Assembly (NCBI RefSeq): GCF_000023965.1
Contig: NC_013202.1
Span: forward strand, 540,001 to 572,000
Direction of reading: 5' to 3'
DNA from: Halomicrobium mukohataei DSM 12286
Lineage (GTDB): Archaea > Halobacteriota > Halobacteria > Halobacteriales > Haloarculaceae
Length of the DNA stretch: 32,000 bases
Of this stretch, positions 24,312 through 32,000 are shown piece after piece (position 1 is the stretch's first letter; every line of letters begins with the position of its first letter). Below the pieces are notes generated by a model that was not told the origin of the DNA, did no database searches, and saw nothing but the letters and a program-made list of their open reading frames with translations. Position numbers and translations under genes: made by a program.

Positions 24312-24871
24312 GCCGACGGCATCCCTGGAACCGGCCCGATCCCGAGTGGCCGGTCCACGAAAGCGTCGTCGTCTGGGAGACACCGTTCTTCGAGGCCGGC
24401 TACGACACCATCGAGCGGCCCAACGGCGACCTCGCGGACTACTACTGGCTGGAGCCGGCCGACGCCGTCATCGTCGTCGCGCCGACGGCCGAGGACGAGC
24501 TCGTCTTCGTCGAGCAGTACCGTCCGCGGTTCCGGATGCGGTCGCTGGGACTCCCGGCCGGCGGGATCGACGACGGCGAAGAACCCATCGAGGCCGCCCA
24601 CCGCGAACTCCGCGAAGAGACCGGCTACCGCGCCGAGGAACTCAGCTACGTCGACTCGTACGTCCCGTCGGGGTGGACCCGCTACGTCCGGCACGTCTTT
24701 TTCGCGACGGGACTGGTGGCGGGTGAGCCCGACCCGGACGAGGGCGAAGTCATCGAGACCCTGACGGTCCCCGTCGACGAGGCCGTCGACGTGTTGCGGT
24801 CACGGGAGGGGCCGGTCAACGGCTTCGCGCTCACGCCGATCCTGCTCGCTCGCGAGGACGGACTGCTGTAG
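24308..24871 (+). CDS. NUDIX hydrolase paralogue (187 aa), GTG start overlapping the previous stop
   Basis: Nudix box GGIDDGEEPIEAAHRELREETGY. Same overall layout as the preceding gene. Confidence 0.8.
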   Translation: MSRRHPWNRPDPEWPVHESVVVWETPFFEAGYDTIERPNGDLADYYWLEPADAVIVVAPTAEDELVFVEQYRPRFRMRSLGLPAGGIDDGEEPIEAAHRELREETGYRAEELSYVDSYVPSGWTRYVRHVFFATGLVAGEPDPDEGEVIETLTVPVDEAVDVLRSREGPVNGFALTPILLAREDGLL

Positions 24872-24958
24872 TCGTCGGCCACGCGCCCTCCCAGAACAGC
24901 CGTACAGTTCGAGTACCGACCGTGAGGCGTAAGGGAGCCCAGCACCCAGCGTTCGGTA

Positions 24959-25339
24959 ATGGACGGGGAAATCGGGCACGAGGAACTGGAAACGATACTG
25001 GAAAACGGTGCCGACGCGCGCGTCGTGGACATCCGTTCGCCCGGCGCGTACGAGCGGGGACACATCCCCGGCAGCGAGAACGTCCCGCTCCAGCAACTGG
25101 TCGACGACATCGAGCAGTTCGACGGCGCGGAGCGGGTCGTGACGGTCTGCCCGCACGGGAAATCGAGCGTCCAGGCCGCGCGGCTGATCGCCTCCTACGA
25201 GGGGTTCTCGGGCCGCGCCGAGAGCTTCGGCCCCGGGCTGGCGTCCTGGGACGGGCCGATCGAGAGCGGACGCGGCGAGGGGGAGGCGGACGAGGACGCG
25301 GGAGCGCCCGCCGACGAGGGACCAGACGCGCCGTTCTAG
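24959..25339 (+). CDS. Rhodanese-like domain protein (126 aa)
   Basis: VVDIRSPGAYERGHIPGSENVP and the active-site loop VCPHGKSS, with an acidic tail. Confidence 0.8.
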   Translation: MDGEIGHEELETILENGADARVVDIRSPGAYERGHIPGSENVPLQQLVDDIEQFDGAERVVTVCPHGKSSVQAARLIASYEGFSGRAESFGPGLASWDGPIESGRGEGEADEDAGAPADEGPDAPF

Positions 25340-25390
25340 GGCGGCCAGTCAACGGCCGACTTATGTGTTCTGCCCGTCCTACGGTAGGCA

Positions 25391-26137
25391 ATGACTGTTC
25401 GACACGACGGGCTCGCCGTCGAGTGGCTCGGCTACGCCACGATCCGGCTCGCGGGCGAGGAGACGGTCGTCTACTTCGATCCGGGGCGGTACGGCGTCCT
25501 CACCGGCGAGTGGGAGCCCGACGAGGCGGGACTGAACCACCCGCCGGGACGCGACTACCGGCCGGAAGACGGAGACGTGATCTGTGTGAGTCACGTCCAC
25601 CACTACGACCCCGACGGCATCGAGCGGGTGGCGAGCGCGGACGCGACCGTCGTCGCCTTCGAGGGGATCGACGGGCAGGATCGAGAGCGCGGGCTCGCGC
25701 CGATCACCGAACTGCCCTACGAACTGCGGACGGTCGACGCGACGACGAACCTCACGGTCGACGGCGTCTCCGTCTGGTCGACGCCGGCCCACAACGAGCC
25801 GGACGGCCCCCACACGCGCCCGGACGGGACCCCCTACCACCCGGAGGGATTCGGCTGTGGATTCCTCGTCGACGTGGAGGGGACGCGGGCGTTCTGGCCG
25901 GGGGACACCGACGTGTTGCCGGGCCATCGCTCGGTCGACGTGTCGCTGTTCTGTCCGCCGATCGGCCAGCGGTTCACGATGGACCGCCGCGAGGCCGCGC
26001 GGCTGGCCGCGACCATCGAGCCGAACCTCGTCATGCCGGTCCACTACAACACGTTCTCGACGCTGGCGACGGACTCGCGGGCCTTCGCCGCCGACGTGGC
26101 CGCCGCTGGCGTCCCGGTCGTACTCGACGAGCAGTGA
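25391..26137 (+). CDS. MBL-fold metallo-hydrolase (248 aa)
   Basis: VICVSHVHHYDPDG (HxHxD-like) and later PGDTD / MPVHYNTF motifs. Confidence 0.75.
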   Translation: MTVRHDGLAVEWLGYATIRLAGEETVVYFDPGRYGVLTGEWEPDEAGLNHPPGRDYRPEDGDVICVSHVHHYDPDGIERVASADATVVAFEGIDGQDRERGLAPITELPYELRTVDATTNLTVDGVSVWSTPAHNEPDGPHTRPDGTPYHPEGFGCGFLVDVEGTRAFWPGDTDVLPGHRSVDVSLFCPPIGQRFTMDRREAARLAATIEPNLVMPVHYNTFSTLATDSRAFAADVAAAGVPVVLDEQ

Positions 26138-26322
26138 CGGGTCGTCGCGAGTCGAGAGTGGTGGCTCTGGTGAAAGCTCTCGTCAGAAAGGGCTCAGAGG
26201 GGGTAACGTTTCGTCATTGCCACCACCAGCCCGTAGCCGGCCACGGGTGAAAAACGCGTTTATCCGGGACGGCCGAGAGCGAACACCGAAACGATCACCC
26301 GATCGACCACCGTAGCGCCCGT

Positions 26323-26883
26323 ATGGACAGATCTGCCGAGTCGTTCGCCGAGGCGCTCGCGTCGGGCGACAGCGACAGCGTGAACGAAGCGATCGACGAG
26401 ATCGAAGCGGTCGAGTCGGCTCTCCGCGTCGAACAGTACGGGGCGCTGTTCGATGCGTGTCACCCGGTCTACGAGAGCGACGACGGCTACGTCCGCCAAT
26501 CCGTCGTGCGGTTTCTGCGCGACGCCTACCCGATGCTGGAGCTGACGATCGCCGCAAGCGAGCGAGAGCGCGTCGACGGCTACACGATCGGCGATCTGCG
26601 CGAGAACAGGACGCGCCTCGTCGAGTTCCTGCTCGACGCACTCGGAGACGACGACGGACGGGTCCGGAGAGCCGCCGTCGACGGCTTCGACACGCTCGGT
26701 GTCGCGATCGATCTGGCAGAGATCGACGCCGAGAAGCGGGTGCTACTCGACGAACTCGACGACCTCGCCGACGATCTCCCCGAGGAGAAAGCCAAACACG
26801 CCGAAGAAGCGAGGCAGTCGGTGGCGCGAATGGGATTGGTCGGCAGTCTCGTCGGCGACCTCGATCTCGATGTCCCGCGATGA
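26323..26883 (+). CDS. Hypothetical helical (HEAT-repeat-like) acidic protein (186 aa)
   Basis: DGYVRQSVVRFL and DDDGRVRRAAVDGFDTLG resemble HEAT/PBS repeat signatures. Confidence 0.55.
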   Translation: MDRSAESFAEALASGDSDSVNEAIDEIEAVESALRVEQYGALFDACHPVYESDDGYVRQSVVRFLRDAYPMLELTIAASERERVDGYTIGDLRENRTRLVEFLLDALGDDDGRVRRAAVDGFDTLGVAIDLAEIDAEKRVLLDELDDLADDLPEEKAKHAEEARQSVARMGLVGSLVGDLDLDVPR

Positions 26884-26922
26884 CGAGCGCGACGGCCACG
26901 TGAACGGGGAAACTCGCGTCCG

Positions 26923-26943
26923 GCCTCGATGAGCGGCCGAGGC
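26923..26943. terminator. Hairpin between convergent genes
   Basis: gcctcg atgagcggc cgaggc lies between the stop at 26881-26883 (+) and the nucS stop at 26946-26948 (-). Confidence 0.25.
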
Positions 26944-26945
26944 GC

Positions 26946-27683
26946 TCACTCCTCGGGCGGTGCCAGCGAGACGAACTCCAGTCCCTTCTGGGCCAGGAGT
27001 TCGCGGGCGCGGTCGGTGACCGACGGGGCGACGAGGAGTCCCCGGATCTCGGCCTCGTCGTGGAGGTCGCGCCCGAGCGCCTGGACGTACCGGTCGAGCT
27101 GTCCGACCGCGTCTGGCCCGACGCGCCGTCGTTTCAGCTCCACGACGACGGTCCGCCCGTCCGCGTCTTCGCCGTAGATGTCGATCGCACCGGCGGGCGT
27201 CGACCGCTCCGTCGCGAGCGGGGTAAACGCGGGTTCGAGGAGGTCGGGATCGTCGAGGATGCGCTCGCGCAGATCCTCTTCGGTACCGGTCAGCGACAGG
27301 TCGGTGGCGTCGGTCACGTCGAAGACGCCGACGTGAGACAGCGACTCGAAGGCGATCGAGAGCAGTTCGTCGGGCGAGGATCGCTCGCTCTCGACGACGA
27401 ACTCGCCGTCGACCACGCGGACCGCGTGCTCACAGCCCGGCGGCTGCCAGTTGACCGGCTGCTGGCCCTCGTCGGTGTGGACCAGCGCCGCCCCGTCGGG
27501 TTTGAGCATGACGTGGCGATCGCCGGGACCCAGCGTACTCGTCGCGCGTCCGTCGTAGTCGACCCGGCAGCGGCCAAACAGCGTCACCAGCGCTCCCGCG
27601 TCGATCCCCCGCTCGACGAGGTCTCCGGCCGCGTCAAAGTCCGGGTCAGACAGCGTCTCGGTCGCGTCCCCGTGGGTCGTCAC
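26946..27683 (-). CDS. nucS: Endonuclease NucS/EndoMS (245 aa), GTG start
   Basis: GRCRVDYDGRATSTLGPGDRHVMLKPDGAALVH, GAIDIYGEDADGRTVVVELKRRRVGPDAVGQLDRYVQAL. Confidence 0.85.
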   Translation of the reverse strand: MTTHGDATETLSDPDFDAAGDLVERGIDAGALVTLFGRCRVDYDGRATSTLGPGDRHVMLKPDGAALVHTDEGQQPVNWQPPGCEHAVRVVDGEFVVESERSSPDELLSIAFESLSHVGVFDVTDATDLSLTGTEEDLRERILDDPDLLEPAFTPLATERSTPAGAIDIYGEDADGRTVVVELKRRRVGPDAVGQLDRYVQALGRDLHDEAEIRGLLVAPSVTDRARELLAQKGLEFVSLAPPEE

Positions 27684-27695
27684 GCTCGGCCGTAG

Positions 27696-28247
27696 TCAGT
27701 CGGGTCGTAAAAAGGACGCGTCGTCGATCGGGTACAGCGGTGCCAGTCGCGCGAGCGTCTGCCAGAGCGCACGGCGGGCACGCTCCGGAGACAGTGCCCC
27801 GTCGTCGACGCGCTCGCCGAGTCGATCCTTGGCGGTGACCAGCGTCCGACGGAGCCGTTCCTCGTCGGCCGTCGGGCCGGCGACGGCGAGGGGCTCACCG
27901 CCGTCGAGACCGAGCGGACAGACGAGGTAGGTGCTGGTCTCGTCGGCGGGTCCGACGACGACGAGCGACTCGATCGTCGGGTCGACGGCTGCCAACACGT
28001 CGGCGGGGTCCAGCCGCCGGGCCAGCGGTCGCGGATCGACGCGTGTTCCGACGGCGTCGTCCCGGCTCGAAGCGAGATCGAACTGGTGGGCGATCCGGTC
28101 GGGAACGGGCGGGGGCCGCGAGCGGTCCCGTCGGCCACCGAACGGCGTCTCGGGCGTGATCGCAGCGGCCAGCCCCGTCCCCCGGTGTGCGTAGTGGAGA
28201 CGGTAGCCGTCGCCGTCCCGGTAGGCGACCAGTGCGCGGTGTGCCAT
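27696..28247 (-). CDS. Hypothetical protein (183 aa, DUF6735-like)
   Basis: Start chosen at MAHRALVAYRDGDGYRLHYAHRGTGL. Family assignment is from memory only. Confidence 0.55.
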   Translation of the reverse strand: MAHRALVAYRDGDGYRLHYAHRGTGLAAAITPETPFGGRRDRSRPPPVPDRIAHQFDLASSRDDAVGTRVDPRPLARRLDPADVLAAVDPTIESLVVVGPADETSTYLVCPLGLDGGEPLAVAGPTADEERLRRTLVTAKDRLGERVDDGALSPERARRALWQTLARLAPLYPIDDASFLRPD

Positions 28248-28343
28248 GGCGTCGCTGGGCGCGTGTTCGGTGATAAACCCGCGCCGCCGATCGTGACACT
28301 GAATGGCACAATCCTCAAGTGCGTACCCGTCGTAGTCGCACGT

Positions 28344-28631
28344 ATGCTGGGGACCGAGTGGGTGTACGCCGCGATCGCGGGCTTGCTCTTCGCGCACCTC
28401 CTGACACTGCTGTATGCCTACCGGTCGAACCGGTCCGAGCCGGCCGCCGACAGCGTCTCCGACGCCGCGGCGGTCGAGGTGGCCGATCGAGCCGACCGGA
28501 GCGTCTGTCGGTGCCCGGAGTGTGGCACCGAGAACGACCGTGCGTACCGCTTCTGTCGGCAGTGTGTCTCCGAGCTACCGAGTGCGCGGCTCCACGTCGA
28601 GCACCCCAGCGAGCAACAACAGCCCTACTGA
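28344..28631 (+). CDS. Small membrane-anchored zinc-ribbon protein (95 aa)
   Basis: TM helix WVYAAIAGLLFAHLLTLLYAY, then CRCPECGTEN...YRFCRQC. Confidence 0.55.
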   Translation: MLGTEWVYAAIAGLLFAHLLTLLYAYRSNRSEPAADSVSDAAAVEVADRADRSVCRCPECGTENDRAYRFCRQCVSELPSARLHVEHPSEQQQPY

Positions 28632-28679
28632 TCGCTGTCCCGAACGTGGCGCTCGAACCGGACCCGAACTGCGGCCGCG

Positions 28680-29318
<639 letters not shown>

Positions 29319-29376
29319 TTAACGTCCGGGCCCGATCGTGACACCGCTTATGGCTCCCGGGGCCGTACGGACGGCT

Positions 29377-30546
29377 ATGTCCGAGTCCTATCCCGACCCG
29401 CCGGTCGAGCCGGCGACGATCACCCCGGAGACGCTGGCCGGACGGCTGGCCGACGGTGAGAGGGTTCGGTTGCTCGACGTGCGCGACCGCGACGAGTACG
29501 AGCGATGGCACATCGCCGGGCCGTCGGTGACGGCGACACAGCACTCGTTCGCAAAGGCCCTGCAGGCACAGGTCCGAGGGTCGGTCGACGAGCTGGCCGC
29601 ACAGGTCGCGGGCGAGGGGCCGATCACGGTCGTCTGTGCCCGGGGGGAGGCGAGTGCCTACGTCGCCGGACTGCTGACGGAGGCCGGCGTCGACGCGCAC
29701 AACCTCGCGGGCGGGATGGACGGCTGGGCCCGCGTGTACGAGGCACACGAACTCGACGCGGACGAGGCGACGATCGTCCAGTACCAGCGACCGGCCTCGG
29801 GCTGTCTGGGCTATCAGATCGTCGCGGACGGCGTGGCGGCCGTCGTCGATCCGCTGCGCGCGTTCGCAGATCGGTACGCCGCGGACGCGACGCGATTAGA
29901 CGCGACGATCGAGTACGTGATCGACACTCACGTCCACGCCGACCACGTCAGCGGCCTGCGGTCGGTCGCGGCGGCGACTGGCGGCGAGGCGCTGGTGCCG
30001 GCGCGGGCTCACGAGCGCGGCGTCGTCGGGACCGTCGGGACGCTGGCCGACGGCGAGACGCGCAGCCTGGGGGAGACGACGCTCCGGGCGGTCGCGCTGC
30101 CGGGTCACACGACGGGGATGACCGGCGTCGCGGTCGGCGACGTGCTGCTGACCGGCGACAGCCTCTTTCTGGAGAGCGTCGCCCGCCCGGACCTCGAAGC
30201 GAGCGACGACGCGGCGGCGTTCGCCCGAGAACTGTACGCGACGCTGACCGAACGGCTGGACGCGTTCGACGACGAGACCCTGATCGCGCCGGGCCACGTC
30301 GGCGAGCGAACGGTGCGAAACGACGACGGCAGCTACGCGGCGACGCTGGGCCAGCTCCGAGAACGGCTGTGGGCCTTCGCGGTCGACGAGGCGACGTTCG
30401 TCGAGCGCGTCACGGAGAACGTCCCGCCGCGCCCGGCCAACGCCGAGGCGATCGTCGCAGCCAACCTCGGCCGACGGACGCCGAGCGACGACGACGCCTT
30501 CGAGTGGGAACTGGGACCGAACAACTGCGCCGCGACGGCGGAGTGA
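29377..30546 (+). CDS. Rhodanese-MBL fusion protein (persulfide dioxygenase/sulfurtransferase-like, 389 aa)
   Basis: N-terminal rhodanese (LLDVRDRDEYERWHIAG, VVCARGEAS loop). C-terminal MBL (YVIDTHVHADHVSG, ALPGHTTGM). Start could also be 29338 or 29350. Confidence 0.8.
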   Translation: MSESYPDPPVEPATITPETLAGRLADGERVRLLDVRDRDEYERWHIAGPSVTATQHSFAKALQAQVRGSVDELAAQVAGEGPITVVCARGEASAYVAGLLTEAGVDAHNLAGGMDGWARVYEAHELDADEATIVQYQRPASGCLGYQIVADGVAAVVDPLRAFADRYAADATRLDATIEYVIDTHVHADHVSGLRSVAAATGGEALVPARAHERGVVGTVGTLADGETRSLGETTLRAVALPGHTTGMTGVAVGDVLLTGDSLFLESVARPDLEASDDAAAFARELYATLTERLDAFDDETLIAPGHVGERTVRNDDGSYAATLGQLRERLWAFAVDEATFVERVTENVPPRPANAEAIVAANLGRRTPSDDDAFEWELGPNNCAATAE

Positions 30547-30628
30547 TACGGATTATTGTAGCGATTTACCGGTGATCGTCGCCACGGAGTAGACGATCAC
30601 CGGTAAGCAACTACAATAAACCGTATGA
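30544..30628. repeat. Long-hairpin palindromic element, L-type copy B
   Basis: Left arm 30546-30580 pairs with right arm 30592-30626 at 30 of 35 positions. Loop gccacggagta at 30581-30591. The left terminal 8-mer tgatacgg contains the TGA stop (30544-30546) of the preceding gene. Confidence 0.85.
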
Positions 30629-30716
30629 GACGGGTCGTCGCCGGTCCGCACCGGGTCGATCCCACGGCGATGTGCGGTCGCCCGGGAGAACGCTGACGAT
30701 AGCCGTATAGTAGGGG

Positions 30717-31010
30717 CTACAGCGAGAAGCGACGCCGGATCACGTCGACGAGTGACTCCTCGTCGGTGGGTTCGTGCTCGCCGACGACGCCGGACTGGGG
30801 CGAGAAGACCGTCCGCTCGCCGTCCCGTGTCACCTCGATGAGCGCGTCCGCCTTCAGTTCGGCGAGGGCGTCCTCCAGGTGGTCGATGTCGGCGTCGACC
30901 CGCGACCGGAGTTCGAAGACGGTCATCCCGTCCTCGGGGCGATCTCCGAGGGCATCCAGCACTGCGACCTGCGTGTCGGGACGGTCGCGGTACTCCGGTT
31001 TCGCTCTCAT
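30717..31010 (-). CDS. Small winged-helix-like protein (97 aa)
   Basis: Start chosen at MRAKPEYRDRPDTQVAVLDALGDRPEDGMTVFELRSRV...LAELKADALIEVTRDGERTVF, a wHTH-like pattern. Confidence 0.5.
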   Translation of the reverse strand: MRAKPEYRDRPDTQVAVLDALGDRPEDGMTVFELRSRVDADIDHLEDALAELKADALIEVTRDGERTVFSPQSGVVGEHEPTDEESLVDVIRRRFSL

Positions 31011-31095
31011 ACCGGGAGATAGTCGTGGAACCCCCTTGTGTTTGTCCCCGAGCGAGAGAGACCGGCGGTCGGCTCGCGGTCGTCCCAAGCAGTAG

Positions 31096-31103
31096 GCTTA
31101 TCA
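31096..31103 (+). promoter_or_regulatory. TATA-like box upstream of the 31128 ATG
   Basis: gcttatca lies 25-32 nt upstream of the ATG. Confidence 0.35.
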
Positions 31104-31127
31104 CTCGGAGCGGGCCATGTCGTGACA

Positions 31128-32000
31128 ATGAGTCTCAAATGCTCCGTGCTTGGGCACGCGTACGGAGAAACGACTGTCGAGCGCGACCGCGAAGAGCAGG
31201 GTAGCGAAGTCGTCATCACGATCCGAGAGGTCGAAACCTGCGAGCGGTGTGGCACCGAGCGCGTCGTCTCCGAGAACAAGGAGGTCACGGCGATCGAAAC
31301 ACCCGACGACACCGAGACGGCAGCGTCGGAGGGCGAAGCGGCGACGACGGACGCCGAAAGCGAGTCCGAGTCCGACACTGCCCGAGAGGAGCCGTCGGAC
31401 GAGGAGGACGACGTGGAGGACGACGACACCGAGGACGTTCCGGCGGCGGGCGAGGAGCTGTCGGCCTCGGAGATCGTCGGCGGCGAGGAGACGCCGTCGA
31501 CACCCGAGGCCGAGGCCGAGCCCGATACCGGCGCGGAGATCATCGACGCCGAATCCGACGAGCCGGTGTCCGAAGAGGCCGTCGACGAGGAACTGGCCGA
31601 CCCCACGGTCGACCCCGAGATCGACGAGCAGGACGGCGACGAGCAACTGGGCGGCGGAGCCCCCGCCGTCGATACCGAGGAGATCGACGCGGACGACCCC
31701 GACGCCGACGACGCCATGATCATCGACGAGGACGACGACGATCCCGTCGAGCAGGGGGACCGCCAGCCCGGCGAGTGGCCCGAAGAGCCCGACACGGGCG
31801 ACGACGAGTGGCAGCCCGATACGATCGGGACGATCGACGAGGACGACGAAGAGCAGGCCACGGAGACGACGACGCTGACGGTCCCCGACGGCCAGTTCCG
31901 CTGTCCGGAGTGTGACTTTACGACGCTGGTCGAGTCCTCGTCGCTGCGGCGTGGCGACTTCTGTCCGGAGTGTCACCGCGGCACACTCGTCCACGAGCCA
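31128..32000 (+). CDS. Double zinc-ribbon protein with a very long polyacidic linker, 3' end cut by the window edge
   Basis: This ORF is absent from the supplied track because it has no stop in the window. My translation of frame 3 from ATG 31128 has no stop codon. It reads MSLKCSVLGHAYGETTVERDREEQGSEVVITIREVETCERCGTERVVSENKEV..., then about 220 aa rich in Asp/Glu/Thr/Ala, then ...FRCPECDFTTLVESSSLRRGDFCPECHRGTLVHEP. Confidence 0.65.
   Translation, partial: MSLKCSVLGHAYGETTVERDREEQGSEVVITIREVETCERCGTERVVSENKEVTAIETPDDTETAASEGEAATTDAESESESDTAREEPSDEEDDVEDDDTEDVPAAGEELSASEIVGGEETPSTPEAEAEPDTGAEIIDAESDEPVSEEAVDEELADPTVDPEIDEQDGDEQLGGGAPAVDTEEIDADDPDADDAMIIDEDDDDPVEQGDRQPGEWPEEPDTGDDEWQPDTIGTIDEDDEEQATETTTLTVPDGQFRCPECDFTTLVESSSLRRGDFCPECHRGTLVHEP

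Noticed and set aside
29360-29371. gtacggacgg 10-mer identical to the left end of hairpin copy C, just upstream of the rhodanese-MBL start
   Set aside because: No matching arm or loop follows. ccgtacgg is itself a small palindrome, so this is likely coincidental.
31300-31860. Apparent low-complexity DNA repeats (gacgac/gaggac runs)
   Set aside because: These follow from Asp/Glu codon bias in the polyacidic linker. I could find no fixed repeat unit.

Overview
The window is high-GC DNA: 40 of 60 G+C on sampled line 12361-12420. Its ORFs encode strongly acidic proteins, which fits a chromosome of a halophilic archaeon (class Halobacteria). I call about 44 protein genes, densely packed on both strands.

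Recognisable genes:
- Core metabolism and maintenance: trpB, aconitase, mgsA, a dUTPase/dCTP-deaminase-family gene and nucS.
- A queD-queE-folE-queC (preQ0/archaeosine) operon.
- An MptD-like aldolase, a creatininase-family protein, an NAD-dependent epimerase and an MDR oxidoreductase.
- Three GNAT acetyltransferases, two tandem NUDIX hydrolases, rhodanese/MBL pairs and an MscS channel.
- Many small acidic haloarchaeal proteins of unknown function.

By eye I found no rRNA, tRNA or CRISPR array.

Unusual content:
1. A roughly 1.8 kb low-GC island (about 10.3-12.1 kb, 45-53% G+C on sampled lines). It carries a translationally coupled two-gene cassette: a 309-aa unknown protein, then a 220-aa PIN-like protein with a large insertion. 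This is my best candidate for an undescribed toxin-antitoxin or defence-like module.
2. One family of 69-85 nt long-hairpin palindromic elements, with six full copies plus fragments. In four copies the terminal TCA/TGA is the stop codon of the adjacent gene.
3. A 5'-partial IS200/IS605 tnpA at the left window edge.
4. An exact 206-nt tandem triplication of the 3' end of the epimerase gene. The extra copies carry a 57-nt in-frame GC-rich insert that has relatives at two other intergenic sites.

All family names come from reading the translations and from memory. No searches were run.
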